64,000 nt of DNA from Nageia nagi (lineage: Eukaryota > Plantae > Pinophyta): contig JBITNC010000001.1 of NCBI GenBank assembly GCA_050084985.1, positions 52,948,001 to 53,012,000 on the forward strand, given 5' to 3'. Below are positions 24,180 to 38,749 of this stretch, one piece after another. How positions within the stretch are numbered: the stretch's first letter is position 1; the number at the start of each line of letters is the position of its first letter. Position numbers and translations under genes: made by a program. The notes beneath the pieces are model-generated. The model made no database searches. It saw only the letters and a list, made by a program, of their open reading frames with translations, and was not told the origin of the DNA.

Positions 24180-27100
24180 TAATAGTTGCACATATAGGGA
24201 GAAATACTTTCAAAGTTTATTGAATATATTCTAAAACTAGTCAATTATATATATATTTTTTAAAACACATGATGATATCCAAACCATATTCATTATATGC
24301 ATATCTTGTGATCATTGAATTCCATGAAATGGTACCTCTCTACTGCATTTTGTTAAAGAGTATATGGGCTTTCTGTATGTTCCCAAACTTAGCATACATG
24401 TCTATTAGAGAATTATTCAAAATAATATTAAAGTGAAACCCACTTCTTACTATTTTTTCATGGATGTATATGCCCTCTTACAAAGATGTTAAGTTGGCAC
24501 ATGTTGAAAGAACACTTACAAAGGTTATTAAATCTAATTTGAAACTAGTCAATTTTATTTTTTGAAAACACTTGAGAGCCTCTAAACCATGCTCTTTTAT
24601 TTATGCATATCCTATTATCATTATATTATATAAGATTGTGTTTATTTGCAACATTTTTTCAAATAGTAAATGGGCCTTCTGTATGTTCTCAAACTTAGCA
24701 TATATGTATATTAAAGCACTTGTCATAACAATATCCAGTGCAACACTACTTTGTTACATTCCCTTGAAATTAACCTTTAGAGCCTCCTCATGAAAAATAT
24801 TTTGTATATACCTACAATCATTATGGTTCATTAGATGGTGTCTCTCTACTACATACCCTACATTTTGAATACATATCTATCAGGGCTATTATCACAATTG
24901 CATGCAAAATAAACCCACATTTAGTTATTTATGCATAAATGTCCATGCACGATTTTAAAGTTACAAGAGTTGCACATACATGGAGAATACTTACAAAGGT
25001 TAATGAATCTAGTCTAAAATTGGTCAATTGCATTTTCTGAAAATACTTGAGGGCCTCCAAACCATACCCATTATGTGTGTATCCTATGATCATTGTAGTC
25101 CATGAGATGGTGTCTCTCTATTGTATTTTGTCAAAGAGTACATGGGATTTTTGTCTATAAATGCATTTGTCACAATAACATTCGAGTGAAATCCACTTCA
25201 TATTATTTTTCTATATATGTATATGCCCTCTTGCAAAGATGTTTCAATTGGTACATGTTGGAAGAACACTTGTAACTATTATTGAATCTGGTTTGAAACT
25301 AGTCAATTTCATTTTTTAAAAGCACTTCAAAGCCTCTAAACCATGCCCATTCTACACATATCTTATAATCATTACATTTCATGAGATTTTATTTCTTTGT
25401 TGCATTTTATCACATAGTAAATGAGCTTTATATGTACCCAAATCCATCATAAATATCTATCAAAGCACTCATCATAACGATATTTGGTGCAACACCACTT
25501 TATTGCATTCCCTCAAAACCCTCTAGATCCTCCTCATGAAAACTATTATGTACATACCCAACAATCATTGCAGTTCACGATATGGCATCTCTATGTTGTA
25601 TACCCCATATTTTGAATAAATGTTTATTAGGGTTGTTATCAAAATTGCATGCAAATGAAACCCACATTTAATTATTTATCCATTAATTTCCATGCCCCAT
25701 TTTAAAGCTATAAGACTTTCACACATAGGAAGAATACTTGTAAAGCTTATTGAATCTAATCCAAGGAGAATACTTGTAAAGTGGTTGGCATGTGGTCTAA
25801 AGAGGTTTGCAACCAAACATTCAAGCTATTTAATCAATGATTATAGATTTCATACCAAAAATAAAAATGATTAAAGAACAACTCAAAATAGCAGTATGTG
25901 TGTTAATGATACTATTTTGTGTAGAGAAAATGCAAAAGATATGAACTTGGTGCTTCAAAAACTCACATATTATGAGTTTATAAGGGTAATAATCTTATTG
26001 GATTACTATAAATTTCAATACCCTATGTTCAATTATGTTTGGGTGAATATTTTTTATAATAAGAATGGATGTAAAACAGATGAAACAGACTTTGTATTGG
26101 TCAACATGAACAAATTATAAAGCCAAGATAGAGTACAAGATGATCCATTTATCCTAGCATCACGAGCCCAACAAGTGTTTTATATATAGAATCCAATTGA
26201 AACCAAATGGAATGTGGTTCTCACATCATCTCCAAGAGGGATCAAAGACACTAAAATTTAGCAACACTAAATTTTTCATTTTGTGCTTTATAATAATAGA
26301 TTTTATTAAACTTGTAATTGCAAAAAATGAAAATGAAAATGATGACAACATTAAATACATACATGATGAATGTGAGGATACATGTTTATCATTGGAACCA
26401 TGATAAGATTTTGGCATACAAATTGTAATATGAGATAAAGTTTAACTAAAAAGCCTAAAGGGCATATAGTTTGATATCATTAATTGTAATCTAATGTAAT
26501 ACAAATTATAATGTTCATAGTATGCTTTATTGTAATACAAATTGTAAGATAACTAACATGTGTGATGTTTTCATTGCATATTTTTGTGATTTGTGTTTAT
26601 GCTAAAGCGTAGTCTATAACAACATACAACAAAAAGCATATTTATTTCATTTGTGTTTTTTTTATGTACTACTATTTACAATTGAAATTTTTGAAGTTAC
26701 AAATAATCCTTAAAATTAAAATCACCATAAAATTCAATGAATATATGAACTTCAGTTCTAAAACATAAAAATACCATTCCTTAGATATTCTACTATCATT
26801 GCATTCCATGAAATTATTTGTTCATAATGCATCTTGTCAAACAAAGCCCTTATTATCTTAATGCTCCCACATTTTGCAAGGTTCTTATCACAAATATTGC
26901 ACTTGAAAGAAACCCAAATCTAGTTATTTGTCCATGAATTTTCATACCCCATTTTGTTATGAATTCTCTAGGAACCAAGCAAACAAGTCCACACTTAAGC
27001 ATCAGGTTTTATTAGCATGTTAATTATAAATTCTTTTGTTTCATCTCAATTCCCAAAATGACCAAGAAGCATGTATTATACATTCATTGTGTGTATAATA

Positions 27101-28480
27101 CGATACTAGTCAACCATGAATTTGAAGTATTGATAGCCCTCTTTTACTAGACTTCCATGACTTCATGAAGATAATATAGTAACAAATTGAACATCATCTA
27201 GATTAACAACCACACATTCCATTTGTTCAAATAGTTTAATGGCTTCCTTGTATATATCCTGTAATTATTGTACTCTATGAAATTATTTATCTATTATGCA
27301 TATTGTAAAATAAAACATTGCATTCTTAATGCTCCCATATTTTGAATACATGTCTATTAAACTATTTTAACAAACCCACATATATTACAATTGCATGCAA
27401 AAGAAACCCACATCTAGTTATTTGTTCATGAGTGTCCATGATCCATTTAAAAGCTACAAAAGTTGGACATATTAGAAGAACACTTACAAAGGTTATTGAA
27501 ACCAATTAATAACCACAAGAAACATCCTTTAGTCAATGACTAGTAGCCACCAAATGAATATTGTCCATCCTTGAAGTGGTGGAAATGATTCAAATCCCTT
27601 ACAATAATTTCTCATACAACCATTTCTTGCATACCTTGGAATCATCGCAATCCATGAAATTGCTCACTTTCACTTTATCTTTTAGCTAAATATTTGAGAA
27701 AAAAACATAAGTTTTTTACATTCTACATTGTATTGTTTCATTACTAGATCAAATCTTCCAAAATAAAGTTGGTATGCAACTGAGAAAGTTGTAAATGTTA
27801 TCTAGGCATTGCATACCATGATTTAAGTGTTCATGGAAGAAATTATACAAAAAATGCATGCATGTATTTTTGGACAAGGTGAAATAGTATATCACATGGC
27901 TCTAGATGTTGAAAATAAGAAAAATGAGACATCTCTTCTCCATGGTCCTTTGTCTATAACCGTTAGATAGCTTAGTAGGTTTTTATTTATCCTATGGCAT
28001 ATAAATTTGAAGTAATTGGTTTATATAGAATCTTTTCAATGATAGGTTAGAAAGTAGAAAGCTAACAATGAGAGAGAAACAATTGAGTTGCAAGTTTTAG
28101 AAAAAATAATTTTGATTCTTGGTTATCATAATTACATCAAGTTTTATTGGCATGCTATTTCTTTGTTACATTATCTCAATTAATACCCATATTTTCCATT
28201 TTTCCAAATAGTTTGATGGCTTCTTTGTTACACATATTGTTAAACAAAAACACTTGCCTTTTTAATGCTTCCACATTTAAAATACATGTCTATTACGGTT
28301 GTTATCACAATTGCATACGAAAAAAAACTCATATCTACTTATTTATCCATGCCCATTTTAAAGTTGCAAGAGTTGCACATATATGAATAATACGTGTAAA
28401 GGTTATTGAATCTAGTTTGAAGAGTTGCACATATATGAATAATATGTGTAAAGGTTATTGAATCTAGTTTGAAACAAAAA
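24180..28480. repeat. Degenerate repeat array surrounding a CACTA transposase remnant
   Basis: Recurrent agttgcacat..gaatactt..aaggttattgaatctagt..aaactagtcaatt at ~24183, 24492, 24968, 25247, 25714, 27461, 28371 and 28422; ~750-785-bp higher-order period in the left part. Confidence 0.75.
25780..26403 (+). pseudogene. CACTA/En-Spm TNP2-like transposase C-terminal remnant (DUF4216 region)
   Basis: KWLACG..YLINDYRFHTK..RTTQNS; YYEFIRVIILLDY..WVN..GCKTDETDFVLVNMNKL; DDPFILASRAQQVFYI..WNVVL. Confidence 0.88.
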
Positions 28481-28681
28481 ATGATCAATCAATTGCATTT
28501 TATATAAGTAGCTTTAATTTTTTTTTCAAATTGTAATCATCAGATGGTGGATAATAACTACCCTATTATGTTATATAAGGATAGTTATAAAGCATCGTAT
28601 AATTTCCTATTTTTTATACTAAATGATGACATACACTAGATCAAAAAGGGCATGTTAGGGTAACTTATAACACTCATAAAA

Positions 28682-29843
28682 TGTAAAAGCCCTAATGTAA
28701 TTTATCACACAAATAAGAAAATTCCTTCAAACCAACACCCATGTCTGGCTTAGAAGGGAATAAACAAGCACTAAACACCTTAATATACCAACATTAGGGT
28801 TAGAGCTCAAGATACAAGCAAATACAATCTCATGATGCCAACATCTGGCTACAACATGCATGAAATAGTAAATATACCACAACATTACAATATGAAAGCA
28901 TACATAAGACAAATGATGAGATCCAAGTGCCTAATAACTATATTGAAGATAAATAATTAGTAATGATACAATACCAAGCTCTCAAGGTTGGATGTTGGCC
29001 TCAAAGGAGCCAACCAAGGCACAATGTGTGTCTCTCACTATTGGATAGATAGATGATGTTAGAAAAGTCTTGCTCCCTTAGAATCTAAATCCTCTTCATC
29101 GAAGGAGCCCTCCTCAAACCCTAGTGACCAACTGAATGGTAGAATCTTAACCTTATAATACCACCAAATGGGCTAGGGTGTTATACCGAAGTCATAAACT
29201 AACATGATCCCTCAGCTTGCTAATCCTCATAGATGTTACACCTAGGGGTCTTGCTTAGCGTTGCATTAAGACTTCTATCCTTTAGATAATATAAGAATAA
29301 TATCAAATATATATATCAACAATGATGCTCCAACACCTAATATAGCTTAAGCATGGATCTAGAACATCATCTCATAATCATCCATGTCTAGCCTACCCAA
29401 TGATAGCCTCCTAAGGGTCTTCAAATGCCTTAAACATGTCATAGATGCCCATGTGTGGGGTGTAGATCCTCCCTAAGGTGTGACATAGGCCTCCTAGGGT
29501 GATGGGATGCCTCCAAGTCCAATGTTGGGGTCCTATAAGTTCCCCCATATCATATGTTGGATTTCTAGGAGTCATACTTATGCTTAGATCCTATTTACAT
29601 GCTCATACAAGGCCTTGGGATTCCCATAATCAATTTGTGGGATCTCTAAATAAATTAAATAATATTAGATCATGCTAGCCTATGCTTGGGAGGAATATGT
29701 CCCACATAGGGCTCATAATGGGATCCAACATACCTTTATAATTTTTATCCTAGGTACTAACAACTAGTGCATAATAAATATTTACAAAGGGGGAATCTGT
29801 GGGATTCCATAATTAATTACATTTTGTAAAAGGGGATGTCACA
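28682..29843. mobile_element. Solo LTR (1162 bp)
   Basis: TGTAAAAGCCC...GGGGATGTCACA flanked by a perfect 5-bp TAAAA duplication (28677-28681, 29844-29848); non-coding. Confidence 0.75.
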
Positions 29844-30531
29844 TAAAACCATTATAAATGGTAGTTCATCTATCTCCTATGAACTCATCGCTAAAAGTTC
29901 TCCCTACGATTATGGTTTATAAACACCCACGTAGGGTCATATAAAATGCCACCAAAAGACATAAGGATGTGGTTATTAACCACCCCCTTCAAGTTTAAAG
30001 AGGTTGTTTAAAACCATGGCCTAATAATTACTTCAAAAAAAAATCATAATCTGAAAGCATTTTTCCATCAAAAAAGAAAGTTGAAGAGAGCTTTTAAATT
30101 ACAAATTCCTTATGGTTTAATCATAATGTTAGCCATGGGCTCTCAAAGGATGGCCCAATGGAACAAACCAATCATCATTCAATCTCTATAATGAGTTAAA
30201 AATTGTAATTGTTTCATGTAAATATTTTTCATATTTTTCTTTGCATGTTAATGTTTACACTTATATTCATATATTTTTGGTGTTGCAGATGAGGCTAGGC
30301 AATCAACTTATCAAAAGATATAATTTGGAGGAGAATCATCTAATGGGAAAAAATGATGATTGTTATCTTAGTTTTTATTTAAGACAAAATATGTATTGAT
30401 TTCCATTTTGAAACTTGCAATTGTGATAGTCCTAATGGATTTAATTTTCATGACTTTCAAAGTGCATTGAAATTACAGTCACTTTATCCAAAAGACTTTC
30501 AAAGTGCAATGAAGAAAGAAAGAAAGAAAGA

Positions 30532-32725
30532 AATTATATTAATGTCCTTGGGTGACCAAAAGTGGTCAATGGGACTAGCATGTACAATCTTGCTAGAAAA
30601 GCTAGCTAAACCCTTAATGGGTCCCAAGGAAAGGAAAAAGAAATGAGCTAAATTGAAAATGATAGGTTAAAGAACCCCACCCTAGTGAAAAAAAAGGGGG
30701 AGGGGGTACAAAATTTGTAAAAACCATAGATAAATCATCCTAAGCCTATTCAAGAGGGGAGTGTTGTGGTGTATTCTGGTCCAAGGAGGACTCATGCTAG
30801 TCCATGGGTGAAGTGCTTGAGGTGCTACTAGGTGGAAAGAAAGAAGTGATTAAACAAATCCTCAATAGCTCCAACATGCTCTTAAGGCATCTCTTGGTTC
30901 GATGGGGTTGTTATGGGTGTTCCTCTTTGCATCTTCTATGGGACCCTTTTAGGGAAAAGGTATTAAAAAAGGATGTAATGTATTAATCACCCGAGAGTTG
31001 CTAAGCTCGAGCTAGGAGACATCTCTAGAGGAAGGCCTCTCGAAGGTAAAGGGCTAAGCATTATTGATCTGGATACCTGATGAAAGTAGCAAGGGAACCA
31101 TGTGAATTATGGAAGAGATAGTGGTATCCACCCCTAATCATAATAGATCGAGCATTAAAAGATGATGTGATCTTTAGATTCGATCTCTAGGGAGCAAAGG
31201 TGGTAGACTCATAGCTCTTTGGCTAAGTGGTGGTCTGTCTCTACTCGTAGTTGGTGTGAGCATACTCAAAATTATCTGAGTGACATCCTCAACCCAAGAG
31301 GAGGTGTAAGTTGATGTATCTTACATGGGAAATCCTACCATCCTTGACTTAGAGATAGTGGTGGGCATAGTGGTCCAGCTTGGGTGTCCATGACAAAGAG
31401 GACACCCAAGTAGCCTAGATGAAGGCTCTGTAGATAATATCTCGAATCACTATCAAAGAGTCCTTAGAGGTCTAGGATAAGTCCATTTATGAGCAAGGTA
31501 AGCTATCAGGAGAGAATCTAAATCTTGCAAGCATCATAGATACCTCAGCATACCAGCATCAACGATAACCCTGAGCTACAAACTCCATCGAGGAGGAAAA
31601 AGCTCTCATCAAAAATATAATAGAATCTATAGCTTCTCCATGGTTAGATAGAAGTTTAAGGTGATGTAGGTAGATGACAATGGAAGCAAGGGCCCATATC
31701 AAGAGGGGTTGGCAACTGAATTTCATGAGCATGATAAGGTGAGGGATTATCTACTTGCTCTAAATGAAGTGAGATAGGAAGGAAATCAATATTCGCTCAA
31801 CTAGGATCCAATATGCTACATTAGGGCCCCAAATCTTAACCCCATATAAGGTTGCAAGAATGACCAAGGTTTGGAAAAGTTTTAACTTGGATGAGACATC
31901 TTGAAAATGTAACTAGATACACTACCTCTCTAAGGTGGAGACTGTTGCATAAACCTGATGGATCTTAGGTGGGTTGCCATCCACATGGAGAACCTGGGTC
32001 TTGAAAAGAGCACTCCAAAGTAAATGTATGAGGGAGTGATCTCAATGGTGTTGTCATGGAAGGTGAACTAGGTTTGGTCCAAGGTGGCTTTTGACATTAA
32101 AAGCCATAACCTTAGTTTTGCTAAGGTTCACCTATAACTCCTATCTATAGCTAAAAGTGGTCAAGGCATTGATCAATCGTTGGAGACCCTTAGCTGATTC
32201 GAAAAGCAATGAAATGTCATCCATAAAAAGTAGAATGGGAACTTGATTTCCATGAAGAAGGCAACTAGAATCGAGACTAATGGTGTCAACGATGAAGGAC
32301 TCTAACTCATCAATGTAAAGGCCAAATAAGGTGGGGGGGAGAGGATAACCCTGTTTCACCCCAATCATGCTAAGTATGCTTTTCAAGAATCCATTAGGAG
32401 TATGAAATCCCCCTAAAAGAGTCTTGTAAAGAGTTAAAATAGTTGCTAAGGCAATCTTTGGGATACCCAAACATCATAATCTATCCCAATGTCTATGTTA
32501 AGGCACCATGTCAAAGGCTTTCCTAAAGTACACAAGGCAGTAATACACTAGGGACTTATGGAATCTAGCCTCCTCAATAGTGGCCCAAAGAGTGAGGGTA
32601 TGGTCATTAGTGCGATGGTACCTAAAGAACCCTACCTGGCCTACAGCTCAAAACCCTCTTGTGTTTGCCATCTGTGAGATGTATCCCTCGAGAATCATGG
32701 CATAGAGCTTGGCCAAGGTATGACC
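30532..32725 (-). mobile_element. 5'-truncated, decayed non-LTR retrotransposon (LINE, RTE-like RT)
   Basis: QVGFFRYHRTNDH, FRKAFDMVP, IGVKQGYPLPPTLFGLYID and LLFMDDI. A (GAAA)n tract at ~30511-30531 marks the probable 3' tail. Confidence 0.85.
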
Positions 32726-33047
32726 TTGAAAAGTTGGAAATTTTTTTGGAGTAGTTGAATTTCAATAGAATGTAATATTATTGTTGGTTTTGCTATTTAT
32801 GTTGTTGTCAAAGATTATATGTCCTTGAACTTTAACTCCTAATTTATTGCAAGTGCAAACTATTATTATGTGACATATCTCAAATACTCTAAAATTTGAC
32901 TAATTCCATTTTTGTCTTATCATAATCAACTTCTTGGAATTTTTCATAATCAACATAGATCTCCTTTTGTTTATGATCTATTTGTGGTTTTCAAGTTAAA
33001 GATTAATAAGAAGTGCACTCGTCAACTACATACCTACAGCTATGAAT

Positions 33048-33210
33048 ATGGCCTTTTTTGAGTTCACTAAACTCTGATTTGTCATTAAAATTAAGAACAT
33101 GGCCTTTTTTGAGTTCCCTAAACTCTAATTTATCATTATAATTGAGAAAATAACACCTTTTAAGTTGAGAGAAATCTGCATTATCATTAAAATTGAAAAC
33201 ATAGCCTTTC
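33048..33210. repeat. Short tandem repeat, ~3 x 51 bp
   Basis: atggcctttttt(t)gagttc.ctaaactct.att..tcatta.aatt.agaa repeated. Confidence 0.65.
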
Positions 33211-34461
33211 GATGCTCTTGAGAAAGGATGTATATTTCTTTTAACATATGTTCATCAATAAACTGATAATATTTCAGCAATTCTCATGTAATGGACAAAC
33301 TTACATAGGATTGGATTGAAAATGATAAACAATATAAGGAAATGATGGAATTCACATTTATAATAATAACATGATAAACATTTGTTTTAGAGGCATAGTT
33401 GTTTCAAATGTTGATAGAGATCACAAAGTAGTTGTTGGATTTTGGCTCCAAGACTAAATCAAAGATGAAGAGATGCGATAAAAATTATCCAATGCCTTCA
33501 TGAAGTCCAACATTGCACCTCTTATTATACTTTTGCAACCCTTCAACCATGGCTTGTAGTTAATCATCAATCATTTTTTCAATCATCAATCATTTTTTTT
33601 TACAATTCTACCCCACATTTTTTTAAAATTTTGTCTCATAGAATACCTTCAAGTGATTCTACCTAACTTTTTTTTAAATTTTTTCTACCAAATTGCCAAG
33701 TAATTCTACCAACCCGAATTTTTGATAATCATATAGATCAAAGGCTAGAGAAGTTGTAAACAACAATCCATCTTCTTAGGCACAAATAGAACCTGCATTA
33801 TCATATTAATGGTCTTCATATTTCACCCCTATATCATCCATTTATAAAGGAACTACCTTTAGTTCAATTTATATTTTCTTTTCTAGATGATTTTCATCTA
33901 TATATAGCATAGAATAAAAAAATAGCTTTTTGAAAATATAGCTCCAAGTTAAAGACATAAAAATGGCCAATAAACGGTCAAAATACATTGAATACGACAA
34001 AAATTTGTGAGTTTTAAAATTCGTAAATATGAAAAAAATGACAAAAAAGTAACAAAAATGCCAAAAAAGGGAAAATTTTGCAATTAAAAAAATTACTAAA
34101 TTTAAGGAAAATATGGCAGATACAACCAGAAAATAGCAAGAGGTATATTCTCGTTTTACATTTTTTGGATGTTTAAACAGAAAAATTAGTAAAAACGAAA
34201 AAATGACCACATTTTCAACTTACGATCAACATTTTTTACCTATTTAAATGGCATTTAAATGACATTTTTGTGAGTAAAAAATGACATTTTTTACATTCTT
34301 TTGAGGAAAAATACGATTTTTTTCAAAAAATGAAAAAAGATAATTTTTACATTTAAATGACATTTTTTTATTATATGATATATAGTACTATTACTGTGCA
34401 ATTATCTAAATCAAAAAATATGTTTTCAAATTACCATTTTTTTATAGCAGGTACAAGGGAC

Positions 34462-34551
34462 AGAGCAAATAACTCAAGCTAGCAATCATATATTAGAAGT
34501 AAATAAGAGCAGATAACTCAAGCTAGCAATCATATATTAGAAGTAAATAAG
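34462..34551. repeat. 44-bp tandem duplication
   Basis: agagca(a/g)ataactcaagctagcaatcatatattagaagtaaata occurs twice. Confidence 0.85.
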
Positions 34552-35039
34552 AAAACAATAACAATGCAACTTACTACACATTTAAAACATCATACTGATT
34601 ACTATTTGCAAAATAGAGCAAATAAGGAATTAATACAACAAACTCAACACAACGTCTTAAACATGATTCATTCGCTTCTACAATTATTTATGTCGATTCT
34701 GGCACTAGTATAATCAGAATAGACTATAACCTTAAAACACTATCCAAACTAAGAGTATATTCAAAAATTATTGTGTATTCTCTAATAAAAAAGTATTTTC
34801 TAAAATCCACTCAATACATAAGTGCATAATAAATGTTTTAGCCTTTTTATTAAATGTCAGGTGAAATTGTACAAAATTGTTATATTCATTGAATAAAGGA
34901 AGATCATGACAAGGTTTTTCAATTGAATAATCAAGTTATATCATTGAAATATTTTGGGTGTAATTGTACAAAAATATGAAGTTTTGAAAGGCCCTGTAGT
35001 AACCTTAAACAATTTAGATACAAAAAGTCTTTAACCACC

Positions 35040-36380
35040 GAAATTACTACATGCCAAACATTTTATCGCTAGCCTCCACATCATGCAACACAAGTAAAGA
35101 ATTCCATGTACTACGCAACATTTGCATCAACAACATTAAGAAATTACTACATAGATTTTGAACAACATTAAAAAATAAAGCTTTCAACAATAAACATTGT
35201 CTATTTATACCATTATTTAACAACATTTTAAATGAAATATGGTTTTATTTATACCTCAAAGCATGCAACATGTCATGGTTGATGCAAACTTAGGCAGTAG
35301 ATAATAGAATGAATCCATACAAAACAACTGCACAAAAAAGAGGGCTCTAAATTTTCCTGTATCACTATGCAAAAAGAGTAATAAATGTGACAAGAGAAGC
35401 ACTTTTTATCATCAGCCTCCACATCATGCTACAAACTTTTGTGCAAAATCTGCAACAAAATAAAGAAATTACTATATAGATTTTGGGCCTAAATGGCCGA
35501 TGGAAAAATATCTGTATGATAATAAATGATTCCAAACAAAATGACTGCACAAGATGAAATCATTTAACAACACTTTTTGAAAAAAATTAAATAAATATAA
35601 CAAAAGTACTTTTATCACTAGCCTCCACATCTTGCAACTCAAAACTTGCAAAATCTGCATCAACAAAATAAAGAAATTACTACATAGACTTTGGGCCTAA
35701 ATTACTAATGCAAAAATAGGCATAAGATAATAGAATCATTCCAAAACAAAATAATCACACAAAATGAAATCATTCAACACCACCACTTTTTGAAAAAAAA
35801 AATGAAATAAATGTGACAAGAGAAGCACTTTTTATCAATAGCTTCCACATCATGCAACACAATGCTTCCAAAATCTACATCAAGAAAATAAAGAAAGTAC
35901 TACATAGATTTTGGACCTAAATGGTTGATGCAAAAATAAGCATAAGACAGTAGAATGATTCCAAACAAAATGACTACACAAAATAAAATCATTTAATAAC
36001 ATTTTTAGAAAAAAACAAAATAAATGTGATGAGGGAAGTTTTATTACCAGCTTCCACATCATGCAACATAATACTTGAAAAATCTACATCAATAAAATAT
36101 AGAAATTACTACATAGATTTTGGGCCTAAATCGCTGATGCAAAAATAGGCATAAGTTAATAGAATGATTCCAAACAACATGACTGCACAAAATGAAATCA
36201 TTTAATAACAACATTTTTTGAAAAAAAAAAGAAATAAATGTGACAAGAGAAGCACTTTTTATCACTAGCCTCCACATTACACAACGCAATACTTGCAAAA
36301 TCTACATCAACAAAATTAAAACAATTACTACATAGATTTTGGGCATAAATGGCTAATGTAAAAATACACATAAGATAATC
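35040..36380. repeat. Satellite-like tandem array with alternating ~208/~220-bp monomers
   Basis: Anchor aaattactacatagattttg at 35141, 35466, 35674, 35894, 36103 and 36322. Confidence 0.9.
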
Positions 36381-36577
36381 TACTTTTGAACTTGAAAATC
36401 AATTCAACTTTTTGATTTGGTGTTCTCAACAATTTTTGTAATGATTAAATTCAGCAATATTATGTTGAATGAATTGATTAAAACTTCAACAAAGTTGAGT
36501 TCACATAGTACTAAGGTCCTAGAAATAAGTAGAGAGATAGGAGGTTTTACTTGAGACTTCAACAGGAGTGAAACTTG

Positions 36578-38468
36578 ATAAGAGGAGTCCCACTTCTAGT
36601 TTGGATGGCATCACTCCTTTTGAAGCATGGTATGATAAAAAGCCAAATGTAAATCACTTTAAGTTGTTTGGTTGCATGGGTTTTGTGCATGTTTCAAAGG
36701 AGCATAGACAAAAATTAGAACCAAAGAATGAGCCTTGTATATTCATTAGTTATTCTGAAAAATGCAAAGAATATAGACTTTACAATCCTAAGTCTCACAA
36801 ACTTGATGTTTCAAGGGAAGTTATTGTTGATGAAAGGGGAGCATGGGGTCATCAAAAACAACTTGTTGATGGCGGTTCCTTTGATGAGAGCTCTCCAAAT
36901 GTGCAGCCCACAGTTTAGCCCAGCCAAGGAAATGTGCAATCCAAGGTGCAAAACAGTCCACAAAAGCCTATTAGTATAGCCCCATGTTGCTCCATGTGAT
37001 AGTGATGCTTCCTAAAATGATGTTGGTATGATGAAAGGTAAAAGAACATTTAGAAATCATCCTTCCTCACAAATGTTAGATCAGAATTTTGCAAGAACCA
37101 TAACAAGGTCACAAGCTTTGCTTTGATGACTAGTGTTGATTTAGAGCCATCTTGTTTTGAAAATGCATGCACTAATGATGTGTGGTTGAAGGCTATGGAA
37201 GACGAAATGCACTTCATAAAGAAGAATGACACATACGAGCTAGTTGAGCTTGCAAAAGGGAAAAAGGTTTTAGGCTCTAAATGGGTCTAAAAAACCAAGT
37301 ACAATGCTGATGGGACTATTGAGAAGTACAAGGCTAGACTTGTGGCCAAGGGCTTCACTCAAAGATATGAGATTGACTATGAGGAGACCTTTGCTCCGGT
37401 GGCTAGAAAAGAAATAGTAAGTATGGTTCACTCCATTGCAGCTCACAAAGGTTGTAAGATACAACACTTGCATGTCAAGAGTGCATTCTTGAATGGATAC
37501 CTTGATGAAGAGTTTGTGCAACAACCCCAAGGATTTGAGATAAAAGGTAAAGAGCATCATGTTTATAAGTTGAAGATGGCCTTATGTGACCTAAAGCAAG
37601 CCCCAAGGGCTTGGTACTCAGATCTTATTTACATGGGGAGCAATTCTAAAATGAATGATGCTTTCAAGAGTTCCATGATGCAAGAATTTGAAATGAAGGA
37701 CCTAGGCCTTAAGCACTACTTTGTTGGTTTGGAGGTATTTCATGATGATAGTCAAATTTTTATTTCTCAAACCATGTATGCGAATGATTTGTTGCTCAAG
37801 TTTGGTATAGAGAATTGTATGCTAAACCCATTACCTGTGGAGAATCATTGACCAAAGAAGATGGATTTGCTAGAGTTGATGTGCACACCTATAGGAGCAT
37901 GCTGGGAAGCTTGATGTTCCAAAAAGATCTTAAGATATGTAAAAGGAACTCTAAACTTTGGTATCCATTACCTCAAAAACGAAAATGTAAAACTTGTTGG
38001 ATATAGTGATTCTAATTGGGGGAACAATATAGATGATAGGAAGTTAACTTCGGGGCATTGTTTTAGTCCTGGATCAGGTCTTGTCACTTTGTCTTCAAGA
38101 AAGCAAACTATTATTGCACTTTCCTCCAATGAAGCATAGTACATTGCCATCATAAGTGCAAGTGCCCAAGCCTTGTGGTAACAAAAGGTCCTAGAAGAGA
38201 TTGGAGAAAGACAAGTTGGCCCCATTAACTTGTTTTGTGATAGGCTTAGTGCCATATAGTTGGCCAAAAACCTTGTACACCACAACAGATCCAAGCATTT
38301 TGACATGAAGTACTACATCAAAGACATGGTAAAGAAGAAGGTTGTAGAGTTGCATCATTGCAAAAGTGAAGACAATTTTGCAGATCTTTTCGCTAAGGGG
38401 GTTGTTAAGACTCGGTTTGTGAAGCTAAGAGACTTCTTGGTCAATCCTCTCACCTTCAAGGGGGAGTA
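36578..38468 (+). pseudogene. Decayed Ty1/copia integrase-RT-RNase H with internal deletions
   Basis: TPFEAWYDKKPNVNHFKLFGC; AKGFTQRYEIDYEETFAPVAR; LKQAPRAWY; HNRSKHFDMKY; ADLFAKG. PPT AAGGGGGAG at 38458-38466. Confidence 0.93.
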
Positions 38469-38690
38469 TGTTGGAGTTTCAGTGGGCTAAGTTGAAGACA
38501 TCATCAAGTTCTTAAGATTGTTTAGAAATATGGTTTCTCATAGCGTTTCATTGTGGAAACACTGCCACATTCCAGAAATGCCCATGCATTTCTGTTGATT
38601 GTGCATTTTGTACTAAGCATTGTCACGTTTCTCAAATGATAGCGCGTTTCTCTATCTCAAGCGCATTTCTTGGGCAATTTTTTACGATTA
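38469..38690 (+). repeat. Start of the 3' LTR of the 36578-38468 copia remnant
   Basis: TGTTGGAG 2 nt after the PPT; right end uncertain. Confidence 0.55.
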
Positions 38691-38749
38691 CGACACTTAT
38701 GATTTTTTGCTTTGTTTTTCTTACTTCCACTACTTCTTAGCTTCTATTA

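Noticed and set aside
35365-36298. Repeated small ORFs (MWRLVIK...)
   Set aside because: Translations of satellite monomers with inconsistent frames.
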